Source: Sulfurimonadaceae bacterium
GTDB lineage: Bacteria; Campylobacterota; Campylobacteria; Campylobacterales; Sulfurimonadaceae
Assembly: GCA_041546465.1 (NCBI GenBank)
Contig: JBFEWG010000001.1
Span: 1-56,676, forward strand
DNA: 56,676 nt
Direction of reading: 5' to 3'
Under the pieces are notes generated by a model, which saw only the letters and a program-made list of their open reading frames with translations, was not told the origin of the DNA and made no database searches. Both the position numbers and the translations under genes were made by a program. Positions 20,929 to 30,057 of the stretch are shown one piece after another (position 1 is the stretch's first letter; each line of letters opens with the position of its first letter).

Positions 20929-21759
20929 GTGAATCGTAGAGATTTTTTTAAATTAGGCACATCTTCTGTTCTTGTGGGTTCTGCTCAGACACTTATGGCA
21001 ATGCCAGAACCAAACCTCGACCTTTATATACAAGACCATATTACCCTTAATCGTAATCAGTGTAAAGGCCTTGATGACAAGATCATGCACAAGAAACCCG
21101 TGTTTGCTGTTGAAGATGAAAAGCTTTTGCTAAAAAGCATCTCCTTAAAACTCAAACAGACTCAAAAACTAGTCGGTTACGGGCACTTTAACCTTTTGGA
21201 TTTTGATCAACTTCTAAAAATATCAAAAAACTACAGTAAAGTTGGTGCACTGAGTAAGCGCGAACTCGATTACATCGAAAAGATATTTTATACTGAAGCG
21301 GTCGATTATGGCTTTTATGGAAAGAAGGTTACCAGTAGCCTTACTGACAAGATATCGGCAAGAGAGACCGTGAAGATCCCTTATACTGGGCACTATCTCT
21401 ACAAGGGTGAACCTTATGAGCTTTATGAATTGTTGAAAAAAGAGGTTGGGCCTTCTATTATCCTGACATCAGGTGTGCGCTCTGTCGTCAAGCAGCTTGA
21501 CCTTTTTTTATACAAAGCGAATAAGTTGGACGGGAATTACTCTGAGGCTGCGCATTCTTTAGCACCTCCAGGCTACTCTTTTCATGGTGTAAGCGATTTT
21601 GATGTCGGAAAAGTGGGTTATGGTTATAAAAACTTTACCTCTAGTTTTGCACAGACACGTGAATATAAATCCTTGCAAAAACTTGGTTATATCTCAATAC
21701 GTTATCCTGAAGACAATCCCTTCGGTGTACGTTTTGAACCTTGGCATATTAAGGTGTGA
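20929..21759 (+). CDS. Tat-exported M15-family (VanY-like) D-Ala-D-Ala carboxypeptidase
   Basis: 276 aa; GTG start; Tat motif NRRDFFK; SGVRS, PPGYSFHGVSDFD and EPWH zinc-peptidase motifs. Confidence 0.7.
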   Translation: MNRRDFFKLGTSSVLVGSAQTLMAMPEPNLDLYIQDHITLNRNQCKGLDDKIMHKKPVFAVEDEKLLLKSISLKLKQTQKLVGYGHFNLLDFDQLLKISKNYSKVGALSKRELDYIEKIFYTEAVDYGFYGKKVTSSLTDKISARETVKIPYTGHYLYKGEPYELYELLKKEVGPSIILTSGVRSVVKQLDLFLYKANKLDGNYSEAAHSLAPPGYSFHGVSDFDVGKVGYGYKNFTSSFAQTREYKSLQKLGYISIRYPEDNPFGVRFEPWHIKV

Positions 21760-21761
21760 CA

Positions 21762-22559
21762 TTAAGTCGACTGCTTCTGCCTTTTGTTCTCATACATAAG
21801 GCTGTCTGCTATCTCAAGTACTTCTCTAAAGTTTGAACCGACATTGAAACGTGTTATCCCGAAGGAGAATGAGAGGTGAAGAAGCTCCCCGTTGGAGGCT
21901 TTTAGCTTTTTGTTTAAAAGGTCTTCTTGAAGTGTTTTAAACCGCATATTGATGTCTTCTATCTGTGCTGTCTTGGATATGGCCACAAACTCATCCCCCG
22001 CATAGCGCATAATATCCATATCCTTCAGGCTTGTCTTGAAAAAAGTTGCCATGTATTGAAGGACCTTATCACCGATGACATGACCATGATGATCATTGAT
22101 CGGCTTGAATTTGTCCAGATCAATAAATGTTAATATTCCGTCATTGATGAACTCACCCTCATGCAGAAGATTCTGAAAAAGCCATTTTCGATTATAGACA
22201 TTTGTGAGTGAGTCGGTGTGCAGTTGGGTTTTTATAGTCTCCATCTCAGTTTTAAGGTTTTCGATTTCTGAGGTTACGCTGGCAAGCTTGCCTAGGTCTT
22301 TGTTTTGTATGGCTTCATGTGCGTCCTGTGTGGTTTTTTGCAGGAGGTCAAGTTTACAGTATGTCTGTTCGGCAACCTCATTGGCTTCATTAAGACGCTC
22401 CTGAGCTATTTCATCAATCATTCTCTCATAATCAAGATCAATCTTCATCTCGCGCGCATTGCTTTCGAAATGTTCCTTGTAAGTTGAGGGTAGAATAACT
22501 TCTTTTTTAATAATCTCTTTTAAAACCCTGTCTGTCAATTCTCTAAGTCTGTTTAACAT
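21762..22559 (-). CDS. diguanylate cyclase (coiled-coil N-terminus, GGDEF domain with AGDEF variant)
   Basis: 265 aa; DSLTNVYNRKW, FIDLDKFKPINDHHGH, RYAGDEFV. Confidence 0.8.
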   Translation of the reverse strand: MLNRLRELTDRVLKEIIKKEVILPSTYKEHFESNAREMKIDLDYERMIDEIAQERLNEANEVAEQTYCKLDLLQKTTQDAHEAIQNKDLGKLASVTSEIENLKTEMETIKTQLHTDSLTNVYNRKWLFQNLLHEGEFINDGILTFIDLDKFKPINDHHGHVIGDKVLQYMATFFKTSLKDMDIMRYAGDEFVAISKTAQIEDINMRFKTLQEDLLNKKLKASNGELLHLSFSFGITRFNVGSNFREVLEIADSLMYENKRQKQST

Positions 22560-22673
22560 GAAAACCCCGTTTCCAAGCTCAATACTATTATCGATTGCAA
22601 TAGTAATGAATAGTTGCTCAATTACTTTAGTATAGTATCAAAAAACTTAAATAACCCAAGGTGTTTTTAATTG

Positions 22674-23807
22674 TTAACGTATATTAAGATAGTTTTTTAA
22701 TGAGATATCAGTATAAGTTTTAGAGGTTTTCAAAAAGGTAGATGCACTGTCAAGTACCTCTTTAAAGTCTTTGTTTTTCTGTGATTGCGTTTCTAACACC
22801 TGAGTCAAGCCTTTCTTCGCAGCAGATATGACATCAGAAGGAAAGTCCCTTAATTCGACATTCAGTTCTTTTAGTTTCTTCATGGCATGAGCATTTTGTA
22901 CCTGGAAGTCATAGAGCATCTTGGAATTCATCTCTTCTGAAGCCATTTCGATGATAGTCTGATGTTCCTGAGACAGTTTTCTCCAACTTTGATGGTTGAA
23001 AGTGAGTTCAAGTATGCTGCCGGGTTCATGCCAGCCCGAATAGTAATAAGGCGCAACTTTATAAAACCCCATCATTAGATCCAGAGCAGGTCCTACCCAT
23101 TCTGTAGCATCAATCACACCACGTTCCAGTGCTGTATATATTTCACCTGCAGGCAAAAGGATAGGGTTGACGCCCATAGTTGAAAAGACTTCACCCCCTA
23201 AGCCAGGCACGCGCATCTTCAGTCCTTCCAAGTCATTAAGTGAATTAATCTCTTTTCTGAACCATCCGCCCATCTGGATGTTGGTATTACCGCCAAGAAA
23301 TGGGTAGAGATTATATCTCGAATACATCTCTCTCCACAACTCGTAACCACCACCATAATGCATCCAAGCATTTATCTCTTGTGCTGTCATCCCAAACGGC
23401 ATCCCGCTAAAGAGTGAAAAGGCCGAGTTTTTACCCTTCCAATAGTATGGCCCCGAATGAAAAATATCGATCTCTCCACTACTTGCAGCATCGAATACAG
23501 CCAAGGCAGGTATCAGGGTGTTTTTTGGATAAAGCTTGATATCTATACTGTTTCCACTTGCCTGACTGACCCGCCTGACAAAGCTTTCAACGGCTGTACC
23601 CATAATTGGAAAGTGTGCTGGCCAACTCGTTGCGAGTTTGAGTTTTGTTCTTTTATTTTTATTGATATTGACAGAACGTTCTTTGTCCAACTTCTTCTCT
23701 TTGACCTTATTGTAATCGATTGCTTGTCGATTGCTTTCATTACAGCCTGTAACAAGGGATCCGGCGGCTATTGCAGCACCTGTTTTGATAAAGTCTCTTC
23801 GTTTCAT
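22674..23807 (-). CDS. TRAP transporter substrate-binding protein (DctP family) with Tat signal and lipobox
   Basis: 377 aa; MKRRDFIKTGAAIAAGSLVTGC N-terminus; DctP-family body; no dctQ/dctM adjacent. Confidence 0.85.
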   Translation of the reverse strand: MKRRDFIKTGAAIAAGSLVTGCNESNRQAIDYNKVKEKKLDKERSVNINKNKRTKLKLATSWPAHFPIMGTAVESFVRRVSQASGNSIDIKLYPKNTLIPALAVFDAASSGEIDIFHSGPYYWKGKNSAFSLFSGMPFGMTAQEINAWMHYGGGYELWREMYSRYNLYPFLGGNTNIQMGGWFRKEINSLNDLEGLKMRVPGLGGEVFSTMGVNPILLPAGEIYTALERGVIDATEWVGPALDLMMGFYKVAPYYYSGWHEPGSILELTFNHQSWRKLSQEHQTIIEMASEEMNSKMLYDFQVQNAHAMKKLKELNVELRDFPSDVISAAKKGLTQVLETQSQKNKDFKEVLDSASTFLKTSKTYTDISLKNYLNIR

Positions 23808-23816
23808 AGAATGTTC

Positions 23817-24821
23817 CTAAAATAAACTTGGCTGTCTGTTCTTTGTGTCAAAGACACTGCTGTTGAGAATTTCAGCATCTTGCTGGGCTATCAGAGCAAA
23901 ATGGTACTGTTTTTCTTTTAGAAGCTGCATGATGTCCCATGCTGAACTGTAGGGAAATATATTGTCATACTCTGAAAGTTTGTCAGCTTGCTCGGATGGG
24001 ACAAGATAGATGATCTTTGCCCAGTTTGCCTGCACCTTTAAAAATCCCATCTGATCTTTAATGAGATCAAAGTCGGGCTCAAAGATAAGCACCTTGTCAC
24101 TTTTTCCAAACTCTTTGACTTGAAAGTTGACATTTGTAAAGACAGGTTTAAAATGCTCAATAGGAGTAAAGTCTTTAAGTTGATATTTGATGTTATGCTG
24201 CTTCAAAAACTGCAGGATGGTTTCTAAATAGGGCATAAAAAACGGTGATAAGAGTTGGCGTTCATAATAGATGTCATCATAAATGAAAGAGGTCTCAAAA
24301 AGTGTCTGTTCAACGATATTGATGTTTGAGCTTTGGATCTTGCTTATAGGTTTTGCATCAACAAAGAGGGCAGGGTCGATAAGCTGGGGAGAGAAAAGAA
24401 CATATTGCTTATCCTCCATACGCCAAAGATCCTGCAGATGAGAGCGGATCGGTTTATCCAGCACAAGAAGTTCGTTCGATGTCATGATCTGTGCAGCAAG
24501 CTTTAAAGATATCTGATCGCACGAGAAGACATGAGGTGTCTTTTCTATGATATGAAAACGCAAAAGACGAAGTAGGGCATTATCGATAGAAGAGACCTTT
24601 ATCCAGGCAATTTCCTGATCAGTGATCTGTGTTGGTTTTTCAAACAAGATGCCATAGGCACCATTAAGCACAGCCTTTTCTATATCGGCATGCTCCAGTG
24701 CAATGAACAGATCTCCCCGCCTTACTTTTGAGGCATCAAAACTAACATCTTCAAAAGCAGTGATACTCGGAGCGTTAGTCAATTTGCCTTCGACCAAGGC
24801 GGTCAGGTTTTGAAGGTTCAT
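23817..24821 (-). CDS. hypothetical protein with MurF-N-terminal-like segment, no P-loop
   Basis: 334 aa; the first ~90 aa follow the MurF N-domain pattern (L..L.EGKL...I..VSFDASKVRRGDLFIAL...A..NGAYGILF...I.V.....AL..L). No GxxGKT/S anywhere. ATGA overlap with metG stop. Confidence 0.5.
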   Translation of the reverse strand: MNLQNLTALVEGKLTNAPSITAFEDVSFDASKVRRGDLFIALEHADIEKAVLNGAYGILFEKPTQITDQEIAWIKVSSIDNALLRLLRFHIIEKTPHVFSCDQISLKLAAQIMTSNELLVLDKPIRSHLQDLWRMEDKQYVLFSPQLIDPALFVDAKPISKIQSSNINIVEQTLFETSFIYDDIYYERQLLSPFFMPYLETILQFLKQHNIKYQLKDFTPIEHFKPVFTNVNFQVKEFGKSDKVLIFEPDFDLIKDQMGFLKVQANWAKIIYLVPSEQADKLSEYDNIFPYSSAWDIMQLLKEKQYHFALIAQQDAEILNSSVFDTKNRQPSLF

Positions 24822-26758
24822 CCTACCGAACTGCCAACTTTGCGCTGACTTTCAGGACGCATCAGGGAGAGACCCTCGTCATCTTTTGCAGCCAGGAGCA
24901 TACCTTCAGAGAGCATTCCCATCAGTTTAGCCGGTTTTAAGTTGGCAACAACACAGACCTGAGTGTTGAGCAGTGACTCTGCAGAGTAGAACTCTTTGAT
25001 ACCCGCAACGACCTGTCGGGGCTTTTCTTCACCTACATCGACTTGCAATTTAAGTAGCTTCTTGCTTTTAGGCACCTCTTCAGCCTCTATGATTGTGCCG
25101 ATTTTCAAAGATGTCTGAAAGAACTGGTCGATGGTGATCAGGTTATCTTCTTCTTTATTCGGTGCTTCTTTGTCACTCTCCTGTATTTTAGACTCAGGTT
25201 CAGATTCCGGGGCTTGTTCCATCAGTGGCTCCTCAATACGAGGGAAAAGTGGTGGGACTTTTGATATGACAAACGGTTTTAGCAGGTTCTTGTCGATGAT
25301 TAAATCATTATAGCTTTGTGTGTTGATACTAAACCCAAGAGCCTCGGAGATCGTCTTTGTTGTACTTGGCATGATACAGTTAAGCATGATTGACGCTTTG
25401 GCCAGGATGTTGGCAACCAGAGCCACTGTAGCCAGGGCCTCATCTTTTTTATCTTCTTTGATCTTAACCCATGGTGCATGTTCTTCAATCGCTTTATTCC
25501 CGATTGAGAAGAGTTTCCATAGCTCTTCAAGATAACGGTGTGTCTGAAGTTCATCAAGAAACTTTTCGAGATTATCCAAGACAGTGCTCATCTCAAGAAG
25601 TTCTTTTTCATGATATTTTTCGACATCAACACTATCGATATTGAAATCGGAGTATTTCCCGCTCATACCGATGATACGATTCAATAGATTCCCCAGGTCA
25701 TTACTCAGGTCTGAATTGATTCTGTCGATAAAAGCGCGTTGGGAAAAGTCGCCGTCTTGACCGAATGGGACTTCACGTAACATGAAATAACGAAGGTTCT
25801 CTAGCCCATAAGCATCAGCAACTTCTTTTGGATGCACAACATTACCTTTTGATTTTGACATCTTTTCACCATCGCGTGTCCACCAGCCATGCGCTCCAAT
25901 GTGCTTAGGAAGCGGAAGTCCAAGACTCATCAGGAATGCTGGCCAGTATATGGCATGAAATCGTAAAATGTCTTTTCCAACCATATGAATATCGGCAGGC
26001 CAGAAATCCATATTTTTCTCGTCATTGCCGTAACCCAAGGCAGTCACGTAGTTCAGAAGAGCATCCAGCCAGACATACATAACATGCTTTTCATCTTCAA
26101 ACTCTTCGGGGAGCTTTACTCCCCAGCTAAAAGTCGTACGTGTGATAGAAAGGTCATTGAGCCCTCCCTTTACAAAGTTGATTACCTCATTACGGCGTGA
26201 TTTCGGAAGGATGAAATCCGTATGTTCATCATAATATTTCAGCAGTTTATCTTCATAGGCAGAAAGTTTGAAAAAATAACTCTCTTCCTTAACGATATTT
26301 GTCGGTTTTCCGCAATCAGGACAGAACTCACCGTCAATCAGTTGTGTCTCTGGAAAAAATGTCTCACATGAAATACAGTAATGGCCTTCGTAATTACCCT
26401 TGTAGATGTCACCATTGTCATACATCTTTTTAAAAGCTTTCTGCACGCCAGTCTTGTGTTCTTCATCTGTTGTTCTGATGAAATAATCGTAAGATATATT
26501 GAATTCATCCCACAGGTCTCTGAATGTCTTGGAAATCTCATCAGCGAACTCCTGTGTCGGTTTGTTGAACTTTTGTGCAGATTCTTCTATTTTCTGTCCA
26601 TGCTCGTCCGTACCGGTAAGAAAAAATGTATTGAGCCCTTTAAGTCTTGAATGACGCGCGATCGAATCGGCAATGAATGTTGTATAGGCATGACCGATAT
26701 GGGCTTCGCCGTTTACATAATAGATAGGTGTAGTGATATAGTTTTTAGTAGCTGACAT
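24818..26758 (-). CDS. metG: methionine--tRNA ligase with C-terminal tRNA-binding (Trbp111/EMAP-like) domain
   Basis: 646 aa; HIGHAYT, KMSKSKGN, zinc knuckle CISC...CPDC, C-terminal OB domain. Confidence 0.96.
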   Translation of the reverse strand: MSATKNYITTPIYYVNGEAHIGHAYTTFIADSIARHSRLKGLNTFFLTGTDEHGQKIEESAQKFNKPTQEFADEISKTFRDLWDEFNISYDYFIRTTDEEHKTGVQKAFKKMYDNGDIYKGNYEGHYCISCETFFPETQLIDGEFCPDCGKPTNIVKEESYFFKLSAYEDKLLKYYDEHTDFILPKSRRNEVINFVKGGLNDLSITRTTFSWGVKLPEEFEDEKHVMYVWLDALLNYVTALGYGNDEKNMDFWPADIHMVGKDILRFHAIYWPAFLMSLGLPLPKHIGAHGWWTRDGEKMSKSKGNVVHPKEVADAYGLENLRYFMLREVPFGQDGDFSQRAFIDRINSDLSNDLGNLLNRIIGMSGKYSDFNIDSVDVEKYHEKELLEMSTVLDNLEKFLDELQTHRYLEELWKLFSIGNKAIEEHAPWVKIKEDKKDEALATVALVANILAKASIMLNCIMPSTTKTISEALGFSINTQSYNDLIIDKNLLKPFVISKVPPLFPRIEEPLMEQAPESEPESKIQESDKEAPNKEEDNLITIDQFFQTSLKIGTIIEAEEVPKSKKLLKLQVDVGEEKPRQVVAGIKEFYSAESLLNTQVCVVANLKPAKLMGMLSEGMLLAAKDDEGLSLMRPESQRKVGSSVG

Positions 26759-26772
26759 GTTTTCCCTTGTTC

Positions 26773-26964
26773 TTAAAATTCAAATCCACCGATTTCACCT
26801 TTGGACATACTTTCGTAGGTGACCTGGACATATTGTTTCCGCAATTCACAACCGATGAGTTGATCGCACTTCATACAGGAGTCGTGACTTTTTTGTTGTT
26901 GACACTTTTGAAGTTCCTGTATCATCTGTGTCAAACGCTCTTCAAACGGGTTAGACTCGTTCAT
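26773..26964 (-). CDS. small four-cysteine protein
   Basis: 63 aa; C-x8-C-x2-C-x5-C cluster; 14-nt overlap with fbp 3' end. Confidence 0.35.
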   Translation of the reverse strand: MNESNPFEERLTQMIQELQKCQQQKSHDSCMKCDQLIGCELRKQYVQVTYESMSKGEIGGFEF

Positions 26965-27793
26965 ATGTTGTTCTTACCCTTTCTATTTCATAGTTTGAGC
27001 CGAAAAAGCATGGACTCGTACCATGAATGTGATCCGGTGTTTGGGTCAGAACACGTTCTTTTCCGTCAATTGCGCCGCCACCTGCGTATTCGAATATCAT
27101 CGCGAATGGAAAGACTTCAAAGACCTGACGTAACTTTCCTTCCGGTCTGTCTGATGTTCCCGGGTAGGAGAACAGACCACCGCCTTTGAGCAGAATCTGA
27201 TGCAGATCCGGAACCATGCCGCCGGAATATCTCAGTCTGTATCCTTCCTGGAAAAGACCGTCGACCATTGTTTTGTGATACGACTCCCAGTTTTGCTGAG
27301 TACCACCCGGTGCATTGAGTTTTCCCTTTTCTTCAAGGTGGATCTCTTTGACATATTCAAATTCACCGGCTTGAAGCAGGTAGAGCTTGACTTTCCCCTC
27401 ATAAGCGAAAACAAGTTCAACGCGTGGACCGTAAACGACATAACAAGAAGCAACCATATTGGCACCCGAAAAATCTTTTTCATAAATACCGAAAATCGAG
27501 CCGACACTTAGGTTGACGTCAACCAAGGATGACCCGTCAAGAGGGTCAAATCCGATAAGGTATTTTCCATTTTCGTTGATAATCATCGGCTGGTCTTTTT
27601 CTTCCGAAGCCAATGTGTGCACCGAATCAACATGACTGAGTTCTTCTTCAATGATAAGATCACACTGTATGTCAAGCTGAAGTTGTGTCTCACCTGAGCT
27701 GTTCTGTTCTTGTGAATAACCGATGTCTTTTACATCAATGGCTTTTTTTATACGAATTGCTGATTTCTCGATAGCTTCTAATATTTTTTGCAT
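26951..27793 (-). CDS. fbp: fructose-1,6-bisphosphatase, class 1 (short form)
   Basis: 280 aa; [42 protein letters not shown]...EYAGG motifs. Confidence 0.9.
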   Translation of the reverse strand: MQKILEAIEKSAIRIKKAIDVKDIGYSQEQNSSGETQLQLDIQCDLIIEEELSHVDSVHTLASEEKDQPMIINENGKYLIGFDPLDGSSLVDVNLSVGSIFGIYEKDFSGANMVASCYVVYGPRVELVFAYEGKVKLYLLQAGEFEYVKEIHLEEKGKLNAPGGTQQNWESYHKTMVDGLFQEGYRLRYSGGMVPDLHQILLKGGGLFSYPGTSDRPEGKLRQVFEVFPFAMIFEYAGGGAIDGKERVLTQTPDHIHGTSPCFFGSNYEIERVRTTYERV

Positions 27794-27795
27794 TT

Positions 27796-28296
27796 TTATA
27801 CTTCCTTGGCGTTTTTTAAGATCCAGTCAATGATCTGGTCGATGTTGTTAAGGTCTAGAATGTCAATGTCTTCAGGAACGTTTTCTTGTTGAGCATCAAT
27901 GGAATCATCGATTGCCAGAGCATTCATGCAGTGATAGTAGTCCTTGTCAATACTGTTTCTAAATATGCTTATGCGCGGCAAAGGCAACGTCTTCAGGCCT
28001 TCGACAAGTAAAAAGTCAAAATCGCCGAACATCTCAATGATCTCATCAAGCTCTTTGTGCCTTTTCGAAAAATAGGTAGTTCGTGAAGGAGAGGTGACAA
28101 TGACCTCAGCTCCTGTTTTGGAAAATTTGTCGCTGTCTTTTCCGGGCGTATCAAATCGCCCTTTGTCCTTAGGATCGTTTTTGATAATAGATACTTGTTT
28201 GCCTCTCTCTATCAAAACGGTCGCCACCTTGGTTATGAGTGTTGTTTTACCACTGTTTGAGGGGCCTGTGAATGCAACAGCCAGCCTTTTTTTCAC
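27796..28296 (-). CDS. mobB: molybdopterin-guanine dinucleotide biosynthesis adapter protein MobB
   Basis: 166 aa; P-loop [10 protein letters not shown]; [19 protein letters not shown]. Confidence 0.85.
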   Translation of the reverse strand: MKKRLAVAFTGPSNSGKTTLITKVATVLIERGKQVSIIKNDPKDKGRFDTPGKDSDKFSKTGAEVIVTSPSRTTYFSKRHKELDEIIEMFGDFDFLLVEGLKTLPLPRISIFRNSIDKDYYHCMNALAIDDSIDAQQENVPEDIDILDLNNIDQIIDWILKNAKEV

Positions 28297-28415
28297 GCCA
28301 TCATGCCTTTGTGTTAATTGAAGAAATTATATCTAAGAAAACTTATAAAAACTCAAAGGAGTATTCAATGAACACTTATGTATAATACAATTACTCAAAA
28401 TCACAGGATATCTTA

Positions 28416-29018
28416 ATGAATAGAATTTTAACGTGGGCACTACTTGGTTCCTCTTTGATATTTACAGGTTGTGTCAAAACGACGGCATTTGATTTTTTTT
28501 CATCTGACACTTATTATGAAAAAGCTGTGTCAAATATGCAAAAAGTCTCTTTGATGAGAGACATGGAAACCAAAGCTTTACTCCATGCTGTCTATCTTAA
28601 TAATGTCGATCCGCATATCTACTCCGGTGATGAGCACTTTTACGTGGCAGTACATATCATCGAAGATGCGTATGATCCCAAAAGACATGGATTGAAGAAT
28701 CTTGATTACAAACTCAGAATGGTTGAAGAGGTTACTGAAGCTAAGGGTGATGATATGAGCAAAGCCCCGGGTTATATAAGTGAAGTCGGAACGGACGAGG
28801 ATACGGTTAAGCAGAAGACTCTTGTCTATACAGACCCGCTTGAAGCCACGGAGCTCGATGAAGAGCATAAACTACGTCGCACGATGCCGATAAGACAGCA
28901 GTGGAACCACTTTTATATTGTCCGTTTCAAGGAAGTCAATGCGACTGAACTCACTTTATCATTTGAAAACGACCAATATGGTAAAGTCCAGCTCAAATTC
29001 CACAAAGAGAATCAATAG
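28416..29018 (+). CDS. lipoprotein of unknown function
   Basis: 200 aa; signal peptide with lipobox LIFTGC; no recognised domain. Confidence 0.6.
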   Translation: MNRILTWALLGSSLIFTGCVKTTAFDFFSSDTYYEKAVSNMQKVSLMRDMETKALLHAVYLNNVDPHIYSGDEHFYVAVHIIEDAYDPKRHGLKNLDYKLRMVEEVTEAKGDDMSKAPGYISEVGTDEDTVKQKTLVYTDPLEATELDEEHKLRRTMPIRQQWNHFYIVRFKEVNATELTLSFENDQYGKVQLKFHKENQ

Positions 29019-29022
29019 TAGA

Positions 29023-29041
29023 AGAGACTATCTCAGTCTCT
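29023..29041 (+). terminator. hairpin after lipoprotein gene (possible terminator)
   Basis: AGAGACT-atctc-AGTCTCT, 7-bp stem; a TTTTTT run follows only about 20 nt later. Confidence 0.3.
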
Positions 29042-29168
29042 GCCTGAAGTGCACACACGCTTTTTTCAACCTGATCCACCTGATTACTATTTCTTTATTT
29101 TATTTTTTAAAGTTTTTTCACTATACTAATACCTATAAACATTTTTTATAATTAATCGTGAAAAAGGC

Positions 29169-30056
29169 TTGCCTGTGTATAGATCGCTGTTGCTTCTGGT
29201 TGGACTTGTTCTGTTTTTGACTTCCTGTACATCCAATCAACCTTCAAGACTCAAGATATCCGCAACGACCTGGATAGGCTATTCACCTCTTTTTTATGCT
29301 AAAGAGAAGGGGTGGTTAAAGCCTTTGAATATCAAGCTGCTTAATGTCAGTTCATTGAGCGAGAACATGTACCTGTATGAGGCAGGCAACGCTGATGCGT
29401 ATGTAGGGACACAATATGAGTATAGTCTTATTGTCAAAAAGGATCCCTCTTTGATGCCTATTATGTTGTTTGACCGTTCTTTTGGCGGAGACATGGTCCT
29501 TAGTAATGTGACGATTGATACGTTACAAAACAGTTCAAGTTCTATTGACGCTTATTTGGAGCTTGATTCCATCAACTCAACGCTCCTGAATGACTTCGTA
29601 GACACCTATGCCATTGATAAGAGTCGATTGAACCATATCAATATGGATCAGGCCCAGATCTCTTCGCTGAAAAAAAAGGAGATGAAAAGAGATGCATTGA
29701 TCGTAACATATATCCCTTATGATATCCAACTTAAGAAAAACGGGTTTACAGAAGTTGCTTCGACTAAAAAAAGCCTGGACCTGTTAGTGATAGATGCGCT
29801 TTTTACAACTGAAAAGACCTTCAGTGAACACAAAGAACAGTTTGTTGCACTGAAAAAACTTGTCGATGATGCTGTCGTCGCTTTAAGAGAAAACCCTGAA
29901 GAGTTCTATGAGACGATCAAACCCTATCTACTTGAAGTAAGTTATAAGGATTTCAAGGATTCGCTCAATGACATCATCTGGATCAACAAGGAAGTCTCTG
30001 ATGAGCTTGTTAAGCGTATCCAGCAGGCCAATCTGCCTACGAGGAACCTGATCTGA
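29169..30056 (+). CDS. periplasmic substrate-binding-protein-like lipoprotein (NMT1/THI5 / NitT-TauT-like)
   Basis: 295 aa; TTG start; lipobox LFLTSC; ISATTWIGYSPLFYAKEKGWLK typical of this SBP class; stop is 1 nt before the GGDEF-EAL gene. Confidence 0.65.
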   Translation: MPVYRSLLLLVGLVLFLTSCTSNQPSRLKISATTWIGYSPLFYAKEKGWLKPLNIKLLNVSSLSENMYLYEAGNADAYVGTQYEYSLIVKKDPSLMPIMLFDRSFGGDMVLSNVTIDTLQNSSSSIDAYLELDSINSTLLNDFVDTYAIDKSRLNHINMDQAQISSLKKKEMKRDALIVTYIPYDIQLKKNGFTEVASTKKSLDLLVIDALFTTEKTFSEHKEQFVALKKLVDDAVVALRENPEEFYETIKPYLLEVSYKDFKDSLNDIIWINKEVSDELVKRIQQANLPTRNLI

Positions 30057-30057
30057 T

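Noticed and set aside
26767-27189. 140-aa plus-strand ORF across the fbp 3' end
   Set aside because: It is antisense to two well-supported minus-strand genes and has no motif or RBS.
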